Part shown: positions 12,367 to 59,534 of the stretch, piece by piece
How positions within the stretch are numbered: position 1 is the stretch's first letter
Layout: every line of letters begins with the position of its first letter
Source of the DNA: Octopus vulgaris
Lineage: Eukaryota
NCBI GenBank assembly: GCA_951406725.2
Contig: OX597824.1
Span: forward strand, 7,750,001 to 7,814,000
DNA: 64,000 bases
Reading direction: 5' to 3'
Position numbers and translations under genes: made by a program
The notes under the pieces: generated by a model
Databases searched by the model: none
Told to the model about the DNA's origin: nothing
Seen by the model: only the letters and a program-made list of their open reading frames with translations

Positions 12367-13145
12367 TTCCGGTGGTGTTTGGTCAGAGGTTAAGGACGGA
12401 TGTGAATTAATTCTGTAACGCAATCATTTTGTTGTTCCAATTCCAAGTTGAATTCCAACTGTTGGCCAGTTTGTTCCAAAATTCTTACCACGACGTAAAA
12501 TTAACAAAGCGAATGCCATTTATCTCCCCTTTGATCTCTGACATCATCTGACAAACGCCGACGAACATGGCGTGAATGAGCCAAGCTTTATTTGCTAGAA
12601 GTAGGAACAGAAAGGGTTTTAAATCAGATCCCAAAACTGGATGTTCAAGAACCAAATGAAGGGCAGATTTTCAATCCCGGGATCATTCTGATTCCAAAAA
12701 GGTATAATATGTCTATGTAGCGCAAACGGAAACCGAGATACAGGGGTCCCAGATAGACAAATTTTCGCTGTTATTATAACAGATGTACGAATTTTGTGGG
12801 GTTTGTTTTGGTATGTGTATGTGTGTATGCGTGAGTGTATATGTGAGTGTGTGTATGTGTGTGTGATGTCACGCAAAATATCTTTTTTTGTTGTTTTTCT
12901 TTTTCTCTCTGTGTTTCTTATTTATTTATGTATTCGCTTACTGAACGACATAACGCGTAAATTTTTGAATTTTTGGAATTATCCACGTGACATTATTATT
13001 ATTCGTTCTAGAACATTCCATAGGGAAATATATTTATTTATTTATTTATCAACAGCTATATAAACACACCTGTAACTGGTGTAATAAGTGACAACGCACA
13101 AAGCTCTCCGACCATGACTCACTCTATTACTTCTGCTAAACATTA

Positions 13146-13186
<41 letters not shown>

Positions 13187-13452
13187 CGTGTGTGTGTGTG
13201 TATGTATATGTATGTATGTATGTATGTATAGATAGATAGATAGATAGATATATAGATAGATACACAGACACATAAACACACATATATATAATTAAGATTC
13301 AGTTGAATTAGGTACTTAAATTGAGGTACCAAGCCAGTTCGGTATACTCCGCACAGCTCGTGTGTGTGTGTGTGTGTGTGTGTAATATGTATGCACGTAT
13401 GTATTTATGTGTGTGTGTATGTATGTATGTATGTATGTATGTATGTATGTAG

Positions 13453-14002
13453 GTGGCTGTCCCCTCATGCACAATCCTTCTCCACCTGCTACGATCAATA
13501 GCTATATGTGTATGCGTGAGTTGAGAAATCTCGAGTTGCACATGAGAAAGTAAGGAGGAATGTCAGGAAGGGCATCGCTGTTACACTTCCAGATGGGAAG
13601 GGTCTTCCTTTAATGCTGACATGCAGTGTCTGTGCAAGACCCTGCCTCAGTAAAGCTGGACTCATGAGTCATCTTCGTAGTCATAAAACGAGACAGATGA
13701 GTGACAACCTGGCCACTGGTGGTGGTGTAACACACCATAATAATCATATCTGTCGGGCATGCGTAAGAGAGTGTAATTCGGCAGGAGGACTTAAACGACA
13801 TGGAAAGGTACATGAAGCCCAGTTACAACTACAGCCGGCTATTAACGGTAAGGGTTCTAGTTGCCAATTCTGTACAAGACATTGTAGATCATTAGCTGGG
13901 CTAAAAAGTCACATTCGATCACTGCACCAGTAACAGTTAAGCTTCGTGCAATGACCATACTCGATAACGAGGGGGCAGCCATAATGTAGGTAGGTAGGTA
14001 GG
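13453..14002 (+). mobile_element. RTE-like LINE 3' end with three C2H2 fingers and a 5' inversion
   Basis: Minus 13453-13541 AIDRSRWRRIVHEG; plus 13542-13933 HEKVRRNVRKG then CSVC..H..H, CRAC..H..H, CQFC..H..H; (GTAG)n tail. Confidence 0.7.
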
Positions 14003-14203
14003 AATTTTTATATATACAGAAACTTACACATGTCTGTGTACAAGCACACACAAACACATCCACACGCACGCACACACGCACATTATTCTTTTCTTTAGTT
14101 ATCGTCTTGTACACTTTTGGCTTAGATGATGAGTGGTTGCTGCGTGTATGAGAGAATGTGTTTGTATCTTTAGGTATGTGTTTGCGTGTGGGATTGCGCT
14201 AGG

Positions 14204-14532
14204 GGATCTTTTCATTTTGACCGACAGATTTAAAAGATAATTTCTTTGGAACTAAACACTTTTAAACATCTTTTTCTCTTGGCTTTCTTGAGAGGATTCT
14301 GTAGTTTGTTAGCTATTTGTTGTTAAATTTCTTGCATTTCGGCAATTTCAACCAATCAATGACGTCTATTGAGGTGAATATAATTTCTGCTGTTGTTTCT
14401 AGAAGACTTATCTCTTAATTGTTAAAGAAGGAGATGTTTTATGTAACACATTCTATCAGTATACGAAGTTTAAAAGTGTTTAGTTACAAAGAAATCATTT
14501 TTAAAAATCTGCCGGTCAAAATGAAAAGGTCC
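14204..14532. mobile_element. MITE related to the 6569-8017 element
   Basis: TIRs GGATCTTTTCATTTTGACCG / CGGTCAAAATGAAAAGGTCC; shares internal TTTTTCTCTTGGCTTTCTTGAGA and CAGTATACGAAGTTT. Confidence 0.7.
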
Positions 14533-14964
14533 TCCTATGGACCGTAGAAACGCTCTTTGTGTATGACAGTCGTTGTAATGCGACGAACCGTCTACCACGC
14601 CATATCAGTTTCTGACTTAACTTTAGCCACCACCCCACCTCAAACGTACCCGATTGGTACATTACAATTACATTACAATGATAACAATATAACTTATAGA
14701 GAGAGAAGAATCAAAATCTATCAGACCCAGACTGGTGGAGTGTGGCTGTGATACACGTCGAAAAACACAAACGCATTGAAGCTAACACAAAGTTCAACGG
14801 CGATTATATTTGCAGCAGTATCGACTTCATCCACGGCATTGTCATCATCGTCAGATCAGTATCATCTTCATCGCCGTCGCCCTCGTCGTCTCCATCGCCC
14901 TCGTCGACATTATCACCATTTCCAAAGAAACAATAATTAGTGTTACAGTTAAACAGCGGACAAA

Positions 14965-48075
<33,111 letters not shown>

Positions 48076-48170
48076 CTCAACTATGGAATACATTATTGTT
48101 ATTATTAAGTAAACCCCAACATTTTATGCCTGTCTTTGTATTGTCCCGCTCATCCTTCGCCCTTGTGGCA

Positions 48171-48176
48171 AATAAA
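48171..48176 (+). promoter_or_regulatory. Candidate polyadenylation signal of gene A
   Basis: AATAAA ~95 nt after the stop codon. Confidence 0.35.
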
Positions 48177-48204
48177 TGAAATCATCATCATCATCATCAT
48201 CATC

Positions 48205-48605
48205 TTTTTTTCCCTTCTTTCTTCAAATTTTCTTCCGTTTCTCGCCTAGTGTTTTCCGTACATCTAGGCAGAGAAGCTCATTGTATGCATTCCCAGATTA
48301 CACACGGAAATTCACAGATAAAATATGTATTTAAAAAATTAATGAATTAATGAATAAATAAATTCATATATGGATGTTGTTTTGACAGCGATAATGCTCT
48401 TCTCAGTACATGAGTCGTTCCAGTTAACACGGTTTTTTGCTCTTCCTGTAGGGATGGTAAGCCTGGTATCATTTTCAAATAGGTTTCGGTACCTTTTTTT
48501 TTATCATTCCTAGAGATCCTACAATCACTGGTACTGTAGTCGCCTTGAGCTGCCACATATTTTTTCAATTTCTATTTGCAAGTCTTTATATTTACTGATC
48601 TTGTC
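48205..48605 (-). mobile_element. RLE-LINE (R4/Dong-like) 3' fragment
   Basis: KISKYKDLQIEIEK..., YLKMIPGLPSLQEEQKTVLTGTTHVLRRALS; (GAT)n follows the 3' end. Confidence 0.7.
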
Positions 48606-48675
48606 AAATTATTATTATAATTATTATTATTATTATTATTATTGTTGTTGTTGTTGTTGTTGTTGCTGCTGCTGC

Positions 48676-48722
<47 letters not shown>

Positions 48723-48754
48723 TTGTTGTTGTTGTTGTTATTATTATTATTATT

Positions 48755-49092
48755 ATTACCTCCGCCTTAGCGAAGGCGGAGGAATTGTTTTTAGTCACGT
48801 TTGTTTGTTCGTTTGCCGTGGACAAGATATCTCAAGAACCACTGGATGGATTCGGATGAAACTTTCAGGGATGTTTGGCCTCGTGACTGGCACGAACTGA
48901 TTAGATTTTGGGATCGATCCGCTACCGGACAGGGATTCTGGATTATTTTACCAGTTCTTTTTTTTTTCTTAATTTTTGAGAGCGGTCGGGTTCATTTCAA
49001 ATATTCTCATTTTAAAAATCACCTCCGGCTAATCACTGAGAGGACGTTAGTGTTACCTTGGCGAAGGTTTGTGCTCTCTGAATGCTCTTGTT
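48755..49092 (+). mobile_element. Helentron/DINE-like non-autonomous element
   Basis: ACCTCCGCCTTAGCGAAGGCGGAGG 5' hairpin, (GTTT)n, 3' CCTTGGCGAAGGTTTGTGCTCT. Confidence 0.6.
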
Positions 49093-49126
49093 ATTATTAT
49101 TATTACTATTATCGTTGATGTTGTCG

Positions 49127-49167
<41 letters not shown>

Positions 49168-49375
49168 GCTAACGCGATGAGCTGAAAGAATCGTTACAGC
49201 ACCAGAAAAGTGCTTAGCAACATTTCTTCCGACTTTAAGTTCTGAGTTCAAATGCCAACGAGGTCAACCTTCCCTTTCATCCTTTCGGGGTCGATAAATT
49301 AAGTACCAATCAAACACTGGGGGCGATGTAACCGAATAGCCCACTCACACAAAATTTCAGGCCTTGTGCTTCTAA

Positions 49376-50637
<1,262 letters not shown>

Positions 50638-51190
50638 GAGTGAGAAAGCAATGAATGCCATCAAAATGACAGTAAAATATACGAAGCCCAGTATACCCAT
50701 CATGACTACCCGTCTAATGTGGGTACACCAGGCACATGCATCACAACCGTTTGTGCGTGACATAGTGATCTCATATCGAGATAAACAGCGCATGACCTTG
50801 CAGGTGGGGCACAGTTAGAATTTTCTTCGAGTCGAATATCCCATCCCACTCAAATGATCCCTGAATGAGGGTTGTTTAAGGACGTTGAACAAGACAACAG
50901 TGTTTCCAAAGGTGAATTATCCAATCCCCAAACAATCCCTCTCAACTCATGGCTACGATGCTCCCCCACTACTTCTGCGCGTGATCAGAGTTGCACATAT
51001 CGTCAGCCACTAAGGGACAGGCTCAACTGGCTATGGTCAAACAACTGACAAGCAAATCTGTGGTACTGAGCAGAATATTTGCTGTAGACCGTCTTTTATA
51101 CCAAGACAAAACATTGTACATGATAACACTTCCATCTGTTCAGATCAGAAACCATGAGAGCCACAGCCTGGTACTGCATCAGGGCATGTT
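50638..51190 (-). mobile_element. ~550-bp non-coding interspersed repeat bounded by (AAT)n
   Basis: Second copy at 63553-64000. Confidence 0.7.
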
Positions 51191-51255
51191 TATTATTATT
51201 ATAATGATTATTATTATTATTATTATTATTATTATTGTTGTTGTTGTTGTTGTTG

Positions 51256-52330
51256 CCTTTGCATAGCTTCTAACGCTGGAGATGTACTACAGTGTCAGCT
51301 GTTCACTACCAATGAACTAAGGTAACACCTCTTAATTTTCGAGCACCTTCCAGAATATTCCAATCGTTCCAAGCAGTGTTGTTTTCTGCGAGTGCTCCAC
51401 CCTTCTTGCAGACCCTATCTGTTCCATGTACTTCTCGAGATTTTTGCTTACTGTTACCAGGGCTCCGACAATTATTGGTACTACTGCTACCTTTTTCATC
51501 GACCACAACTGCTTAACTTCCCAAACTAACCTGCCATATCTCTCCACTTTTCTTTCTTCCTTATTGCATACCTTATTGTCAGCTGGGCATGCTATATCTA
51601 TGATCCAGCATAGTTTGTTTTCTTTCTCAATTAAGCCTATATCCAGCTTCCTACTTTCTATCTCATGGTCACACTAAATCATACAATCCCATAGGATCTT
51701 TGCATTATCATTTTCGATGATGCCTTCGGATTTATGTTGGTGCCACTTTTTTGCTTTGTCAAGTCCATACTTGTTGCAAAGTGTCCAATGGACAATCCTT
51801 GCTATATTGTCATGACATCTCTTATATTCTTTCTGGACTAGTGGCGTACAATGACCAGTAATATGCCATACTGTTTCACCATTTTGTCCACAAATTCTGC
51901 ACTTATCACTTTCTACTGTGTTGTCTATTGTGTATTTGATGTAATTGGTTCTAAATGCTTGCTCTTGCGCAGCGTAGTTTACATCCTCCATTTCCAGTTT
52001 TAAGTCACTTTTAGTCATCCATAGCCATCTTTTTCTGTCTGTCATATCTTCAACATCCCTATGAAATTCTCCATGCATTCTTTTCTTTATCCACCTGTTT
52101 TCAGTTTCATCCATCCTCAAGTCCTTGTACAGTGCTTTATTTTTGCAATCTTCTATCCTACACAAGCCTGGCCTTCTTACTTCCAGCAATTGCGGTTCTG
52201 TGGGATTTTTTACATACCATGCTATGTTGTTTTCTTCTGCTCTAATGCTGTGTTCGCATCCAATCAGTCCTCTTCCCCCTCTTTTTCTTGGTACATACAA
52301 TCCGTCTGCGTCACTTTTTGGGAGGAACAT
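51256..52330 (-). mobile_element. R4/Dong-like RLE LINE 3' portion
   Basis: LYVPRKRGGRGL, AAQEQA, CRICGQNGETVWHITGHC...YKRCHD, ILWD, WIIDIACP, VVPIIVGALV; abuts (AAC)n(AAT)n. Confidence 0.85.
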
Positions 52331-52591
52331 CTCATATCTAGTCAGGCTTGGCTAAAATCTGTGGATTTTTTTCCGTCCTATAGCATTGCAGAGACAAAAA
52401 ACGCTGTTGACTCACCAGTAATTCATAAATAAAACAATTTTATATTTTTTCTTACAAATTTACCTCATTAATAACATAATTACTCGTTAATTACTAACAA
52501 CAGAGATATGCTTGATTAATCTTTGCTAACTAAAATATCTAGTGTCTTGTAGAATTGATCAGCTATTAAATAAGGTTGCTATTGCTAATTA

Positions 52592-52625
<34 letters not shown>

Positions 52626-53194
52626 GGTGGTGGTGGTGATAACGATAACGACGACGACGATGACTATGATGTCGATGATGATGTTTAGCCCTTGATCAAT
52701 CCAGATCGTCGTGTGATCAAAGGTATTCTGACCATGACTATCCCGTCTTTTTGAGCACCAAGTATTATATTGTCCAATGGATCATCTGTTATGGTAGCAA
52801 GCTATGGTTATTGAGGCAAATTTAGTTGCTATTTCTAAAAAGTTATCTGACCGGATTGAGGATCCTTTATTGGCTTATACTTAATAAGATTTTAGTGGAG
52901 GGCGAGAGAAACTAATTTTGTTTTTAGGTTTTTTTGTGGTTTTTCTCCTTTTTTTTAAATTATCATTAGCATCTTCTTATGTTACAATGATGAATATATA
53001 ATTAGTCTTTCTGATGCATTGTTGTCTCTTCATGCTTCGTAATAAAACCCATGTAATTATTTTAATTAAATGCGTCTGTGCATGATATAGAATAAAGCTG
53101 GAAAGCTGTGAAGGGACGAAACATGATAACTAAAATTTGCTGCTCTTGTTTATCCCAAGGTCAGCTACGATCCTCTTCAGATTTAGGATCAAAG

Positions 53195-53332
53195 GTTGAC
53201 CAGCCTACCGATGTAGGGTCAGATGCGGTCCAACCTACCAATGTAGGGTCAGATGCGGTCCAACCTGCCAATGTAGGATCAGGGGCGGTCCAACCTACCA
53301 ATGTAGAGGGAAAGGCGGCTCAACCTATCAAT
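53195..53332 (+). repeat. 30-bp minisatellite (~4.5 units)
   Basis: GGTCCAACCTACCAATGTAGGGTCAGATGC repeated. Confidence 0.8.
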
Positions 53333-53959
53333 CTTCACACTTTTTTAAGAAAATTAAACTCTGCATCTAATTATTGTCCGAATTTCAGAGAGGAGAAATT
53401 ATACACAGATTTATGATGCCGCGTTGGCCGAATCGTTAGAGCGCCGGACAAAAGGCTTAGCGGCATTTCATCCGTCTTTACGTTTTGGGTCAAAATTCCG
53501 CCAACGTCGACTTTGCCTTTCATCCTTTCGGATTTGATCAAATTAGTATCTATTGAATAACGGTGTCGATGACATCGATTAGCCCCTTACCCAAATTTCA
53601 GGCATTTTGCCTGAAATTATTATTCACTGGTTTAAGACGCCGAGCTAGTAGAATGGTTAGTGCGTCGACCAAAGTGCTTAGTGGCATTTTTCCTGTACGG
53701 TTTCGCTCGAACACTATGTGTGAAGTTTTTTGGACTTGATAAAATGTTCAGATCCCTCCAAGGTCAATTTTACTTCCAACCGTTGGTAGGGGAGGTCTAT
53801 AAAATAAAGTACCAGACATATACTGGGGTCGATGTAATGGTTTTGCCCCAATCTCTTAGAATTGCTGACCTTATATTAGAAACGGTACCGAAATAGTTGT
53901 GTAACTAACAATACAGATGTACTGAATTCATTCTGCGTCATCTTAATTAGATTATAAAT

Positions 53960-55110
53960 ATCACTCTTCGTAAAACTCACTCATAGCTTTTACAAGTGAT
54001 GCATCCAGAATTTCTGCACTACCAGTGAACATTCGATTTTACTCAAAGTTCCAGTTTTGGGAAATATATCATGCCTCAAGAGCATGTAGTATCTTGTAGA
54101 CATTTTGGGGCAGCTGTTGATTATGTGTGTGATATCTTCCACAATGGTATAGCAGAGCCGAAACATTTTTTTTTTTCAAAACGTGGACGTTTGGTGAGAT
54201 CTTTGTCCGTCTTGTTTATCAGGTATTTAGCAGCTATATCGTGCTCCTGGATAGCAAAAGCTTAACCTTCTATGTCGAATGTAATGTCTCTATTGCAGAT
54301 CCAGGAGAAGCTACTCTTCCCGTCCGTACAGTTGTTGGCCGCGAGCTTACGGGATGTGTACTCCATTTTGCTGATATGGTGCTTGTTTCCCATCCAAACT
54401 TCTGTTTAGGTAGACCATTCCGGACTCCTTTGGGTCGCATGAGACACTTGTATTCTCAGAGTATCACCAAACCTTCATGTTTTGATAAAGAATGCCGGTT
54501 CTGCTGTACCTGGATCATCTGGATCGGCCAGGCTGTCTCATGTTCTTCTTCAACTCTAAAGATGTCGCTGTCACTTTGAGTAAGCATGGTATATACACAT
54601 TTCTTTCTTTACTGTTTAGCAGGTGTTGTCTAAATGATACAATTAAAAGACTGTTTGGACTGACCCTATGTATCTACCGCCATCACTTCATCTCACATAT
54701 ATCCTACTCTTCTCCTCTGGAAGCCAGCTGCTCGCGACACTAGAGGGCGCACACTCTCCTACCCTGATGTAATCTCCAGGGATACAGGCATCCAGCAACA
54801 GGACCTCCGTAATGCTATGATGGACCGTGAAGTCTGGCGTAACACAGTAAATTCCATTGTCTCGACCACGGTCGAACAATGATGATGATATATCCTATCG
54901 GTGTTGCTGTTAATGTGGAAGTTGCCAGTTGTGGTCAGTACCTTTCTGATGTTGCTGTCCAGGCTGCGTAACTCGTCGAGTGTCCAGTCCAATGTCCCAA
55001 ATGTTGGTACTGGCACTGGTGCTGAAAAAAAGCATTGTGATATATAGTCTTGTTTAAATGTAGACAGCTCTGAGTTCCATATTTTCCGAAGTCTACAGAA
55101 TTACTCTTTA
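53960..55110 (-). mobile_element. R4/Dong-like LINE fragment with nested insertion
   Basis: PTFGTLDWTLDELRSLDSNIRKVLTTTGNFHINSNTDRIY|VR*SDGGR. Confidence 0.7.
54707..54887 (+). mobile_element. 5'-truncated RTE-type LINE 3' end with TSD
   Basis: LLWKP...RGRTLSYPDVISRDTG...AMMDREVWR; (TGA)n tail; TSD ATATATCCTA (54697-54706, 54888-54897). Confidence 0.8.
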
Positions 55111-55631
55111 GTTATTCTGGCTTTTGTTACAGCACCAATGCATGCAACATTCTCACCGATTCCGAGGAACTTGTAGCTTTGATCATTATAAATTGGGGAG
55201 ACAGACAGACGAACCGTTGATGTACATGTTCCCTGCCTGGTCGCCAATCTTTCCTCGGTTGACTATCACGCATGAGCATTTCTCTTGCCCAACCGCCATT
55301 CCTATAACTCGTAAGAATGCTGTGACTTCTAATTGTCTCTTGATGTTGGTCATATTACCAGAATATCAACAAAATTTGCATGGGTGTCATATGTATGTAC
55401 GTATGTATGTATGTAGGTATGTAGGTATGTATGTACGTGTGTATCTATGTATATATGTGTGTATGTGTATGTATGTACGTACGTATATATGTAAGTGTGT
55501 ATGTATTTATTATGCGTATGTGTATGTATGTATGTATTTTGCGTATGTGTATGTATGTATGTATTTTGCGTATGTGTATGTATGTATGTATGTATTTATG
55601 AAAATAATGTATACATGTATGTATTATGTGA

Positions 55632-55710
<79 letters not shown>

Positions 55711-56128
55711 TGTGTGAGTGTGTGTGTCTGTGTAGTGATTATACAGAATTGAGAACAAAAGTATAAAATATGTAAATAAAAAGGGTAAAAATGCCTACAT
55801 TTACCGCTTTTTTAACCGTAAGCCGAATGAAGACACTTCCAGACGACGTGAAGAAGAATATCAATCGTAACAGTATTTCTGAACATACGGCTGTTATCTT
55901 CAGCTGTCGCGGAGATAAGACACAAGACATGCAGATCCAGTTTATAATATTCTGTGCCGAGAATAACCAAATTAGAATCATTTGCCCTTCACTCATTCAT
56001 TCACAAGCCGCAGCTCGGAAGGAAACAATTTAGATCTTTCAAAAACTATATAACGTTCTCCCTTCTTTCTTCTTTTCTTTCTCTCTCTTTCTCTCTTACT
56101 CTTTCCCTCCTCTTTCAAACTTGCCAAA

Positions 56129-56255
56129 ATGATCGATGTTGACTCTTTATTCATAAGTCTGAAGGAGAAAGGGTTCTACCAAGTATCTCAATATGTTGTC
56201 AGCGGCCTAAGCTTCTTCCCAATTGCACTGAGTTTACTAAAGTTAGTTTTCATAG
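56129..56255 (+). CDS. SLC22 paralog B coding exon 1
   Basis: aaaATG; MIDVDSLFISLKEKGFYQVSQYVVSGLSFFPIALSLLKLVFI(G); 28/43 identical to gene A exon 1 by manual count; donor G|gtaagt. Confidence 0.9.
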
Positions 56256-57194
56256 GTAAGTGAGTTTATATGTCCATTGTAAATACCATCGAAATATCGT
56301 TGTTGCTATCCTTATTGTTGTTGATGTTGTTGTTATGTTGTTAGTAGAGGTGATGGCATTGAGGGCGGTGGTGGCGGTGGTTAGCTATCAAGTCAGCGCT
56401 GATCAGAAGTGCCGCCTTGTTATCAAAACTGTTCCACTCCTTACTGCGCAGTAGATTTTTATTCTTCAGAAACACTGAACCGGGAATTATGCTACGCAAC
56501 ATGTTTTGGTTTTCTGTTAAAGCAGTCGAATATATTTAGAAAAATGATTAGCTGCTGTTTCTAACATTCCAAGTGACTGCCAAGACAATCCTTGTCTGTC
56601 TGTACGCATGCATCTACGTACGTGTGAGGGCGCATGACCTAACTGTCAAGGCGTTCCTTTCAATTCCTGGGCTGAATGGTGCGTTGTGTTCTTTGAGCGA
56701 AACACTTTATTTTATGTTTCTCTACCGATACTTCCCATGAACAAAGATCCATCGCTAGTCACACAGTAAATGTGATTAGTTAAGTTTCAGGAAAGCCTTG
56801 CACGTTTTTACTTTTCCGCTTAAAGATTGTATTTGCTGAGAACGTATAAGACGGTCACTCTGCTTGGCTGAAAAACCTTAGCTTTTCGACATACTAACAT
56901 TTACTAACATTACCATATTTAGCGACAATTACTGTGGTAAATGGTAATATGTAATTTGGGTGGGGAAGTTTGGAAATATTCTCTTATATGTCTTATGTAA
57001 ACATACATATACACTTGTGTATGCCTATGAATATATCTCGAGATTAATCAGCCGAAATTGCGAGGATGATCCGGTTCTTGACTGAGGATAGAAAGCTTCG
57101 AATGACCCGTCCTTTTTTTTTGTATTGTCTATCTGTTGTCCCTTTTTGTATCACCTAGTTGTCCGGATGTTTTGCCTTCTTGTCCCATTTTGTA

Positions 57195-57235
<41 letters not shown>

Positions 57236-57277
57236 AATAAAAAATGGAGTCAACGCAGGTTTAAACAAGTATTTTTT

Positions 57278-57362
57278 CTTTCTACATATGTTTCAAAAAT
57301 TCCACTGATACTTATTCAAAAGAATAAAAGGTATAAACAATGCAATCTTCTCTTCGGGAAAG
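57278..57362 (-). ncRNA. Hammerhead motif (U4C variant) 3' of Penelope GIY-YIG ORF
   Basis: Minus strand: CTTTC-CCGAAGA-long stem II (CATTG/CAGTG, TTATTC/GAATAA)-GAAA-CATATG-TA-GAAAG. Confidence 0.6.
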
Positions 57363-57546
57363 TGAAAAAACGAAACTTGTCAATACGACATTTTAGCAAA
57401 AAATGATGGATTCGTATAGCGATAGACAGAACGCTATTAATATTGTTTAAAAAAACGTTATATGATATAACGTCATAAGTAGCTAACAGAAAGAGTAGGG
57501 ATATTAATAGTGAATGTTAAATATAAAGGAAATTAAAGTCTAGAGA

Positions 57547-58750
57547 CTACTTATATGCACTAAAAGTATGCTTTTGCCAATGCTTACATCTGTATGCTCG
57601 TTCTATAACCGTGTTTACTAGAGTATTTTTAGAAAAAATAATGAAAAATAGCTCAGAATTGCAGAGAAGACAGAATTTCTTGCCTTTGTCATATGGTATC
57701 GAAATTGAGAGGATCAACCATTCCAAATGAAATTGTTCATTGTGGTCTTTTAAATTCCAAATCAGTTTGCTGAGACCGGTACTATTCCGTTTATTTCTAT
57801 CTCTAAATGTTGAGTAATGGATAGAAATTCTCTTAGATAACTCTAACGATGTGCTTCCAATGTAAAATCGTACTTTATTACGAGTACTGATTATACACTG
57901 GTATATAGAATTTTTAATCTTAGAGTTACTTGACATAAATTTAATTCTATTGGGTTTGACTTCAGATACAATAACCTTGTTATTAATATTTCTAGAGGGT
58001 TGGATGGTAGTAGCTAAATTAATGTTAGTATTAGTAAATGTATTAATATTTAACAGTTTGTTATTATGAGAAGATATAATTTGCAAGAGATTTTTTTGTG
58101 TTTGAAAAACCTATCCTAACCTTATGTGAATTAATTATAGAGTAATATCTAGAATTATTTGGAAAATTCCTAGCAATAGCTTGACGAAACAGCAGTGGGA
58201 GATTAGATTTAATTTGTCATTTTTAAGCCCATTCTACTGAAAAAATTAACTAAACTGTTCTTAACTTTTTGTACCTTTTGGTTAGAAACATTTTGGAGGT
58301 AAAGTAAACAATCATCACGATATAGACCTCCATAAATGTTAGGGAACTCTTCAGCCATTTCAAAAAGAATGTATATACAGACCAAATCAGCTATCTGTGC
58401 TGAATCAGAACTTCCCATAGGTATATCGAAACTATCTGGTGTGTCTTTACGGACCCACAACTTATCATCAAATTTAATAATAGATCTTCTGGCTGCCAAC
58501 ACAACATTAATTTCTTCTCGGGTGAGACCAGCTTTGTTATGAGCAAGCCAAAGTGCCTTATTAAGTACTATAGGATTAATAGACGAATAAAAATTGGAAA
58601 TATCAAACTGGATAAACTTCGTACTCACCTTACTGTTAATAGACCTAAACCAGTCAACTACGTCAAATGAATTAGTCCATAAGCTAAGTTTTAATGTTTT
58701 GATTAGATTAGGAATATATTTATCTAGTATATTTTTACTAAGGATACCGA
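57547..58750 (-). mobile_element. Penelope-like element (RT fragment + GIY-YIG)
   Basis: FIQFDISNFYSSI, IPMGSSDSAQIADL, GLYRDD, IYQC...FYIGST...R...H, CLLCNSE...CKH. Confidence 0.88.
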
Positions 58751-58933
58751 TTCAGCTCCATTTCTTCAATTCACCAATAATATTTTAATTTCAATTATCC
58801 GCACCAACGCACGGTTGCAACACCATATGGTTGTACCTCCAACCGTGCTGTTTACTGCTGTGATTTTTGCTACCAAGGTATCGGTTAAACTTTTGATTAA
58901 TCTACTACAAGATTATTCATCTTTCTATTTCAC

Positions 58934-58998
<65 letters not shown>

Positions 58999-59215
58999 TG
59001 CGTGTATATATTTGTGAGAGTGTATTTCTGTGTGTGTGCCTGCATGTGTCTGTGCGTGCGAGCATGTGTATATGCGTGAATGTATGTGTGTATGTGTGTG
59101 CGTGCGTGTGTATATGCGTGCCTGTGCGTGTGTGAGCGTGCGTACGTGCATGTGTGTATGTGCGTGTGTGTGTGCGCGCGTGTGTGAGTGTGTGCGTGTG
59201 AGTGTACATATACAT

Positions 59216-59534
59216 TAGGGTGGAAGGAAAATAAAAAATTGTAAAAACTGAAAATGCCTGAGAACCGAAATATTGATATATTTAATTGCTAAAAACAAGG
59301 CTACATTTTCGCTGCGATCAATCCAGGGCATTTACTCCCTAAAACCCCCTAAACTCCGAAAATGGGGTATTTTTGTAAATTTTTTACAATAGCGAAGTTT
59401 CGGGGATTTCAGGGAGTAAATGCCCTCGACTAATCTAAGAGAAAATTTAGCATTTTTCTAGAAATAATACATAGCAAAATTTTAGGCCTCAGGCCTTTTC
59501 TGTTTCTACAATTTTTTATTTTCACTCCACCCTA
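59216..59534. mobile_element. Palindromic MITE (partial second copy at 59616-59822)
   Basis: TAGGGTGGAAGGAAAATAAAAAATTGTA / TACAATTTTTTATTTTCACTCCACCCTA. Confidence 0.75.

Noticed and set aside
53108-53416. ORF with decapeptide repeat AVQPTNVGSD
   Set aside because: Explained by a 30-bp minisatellite; no convincing exon structure
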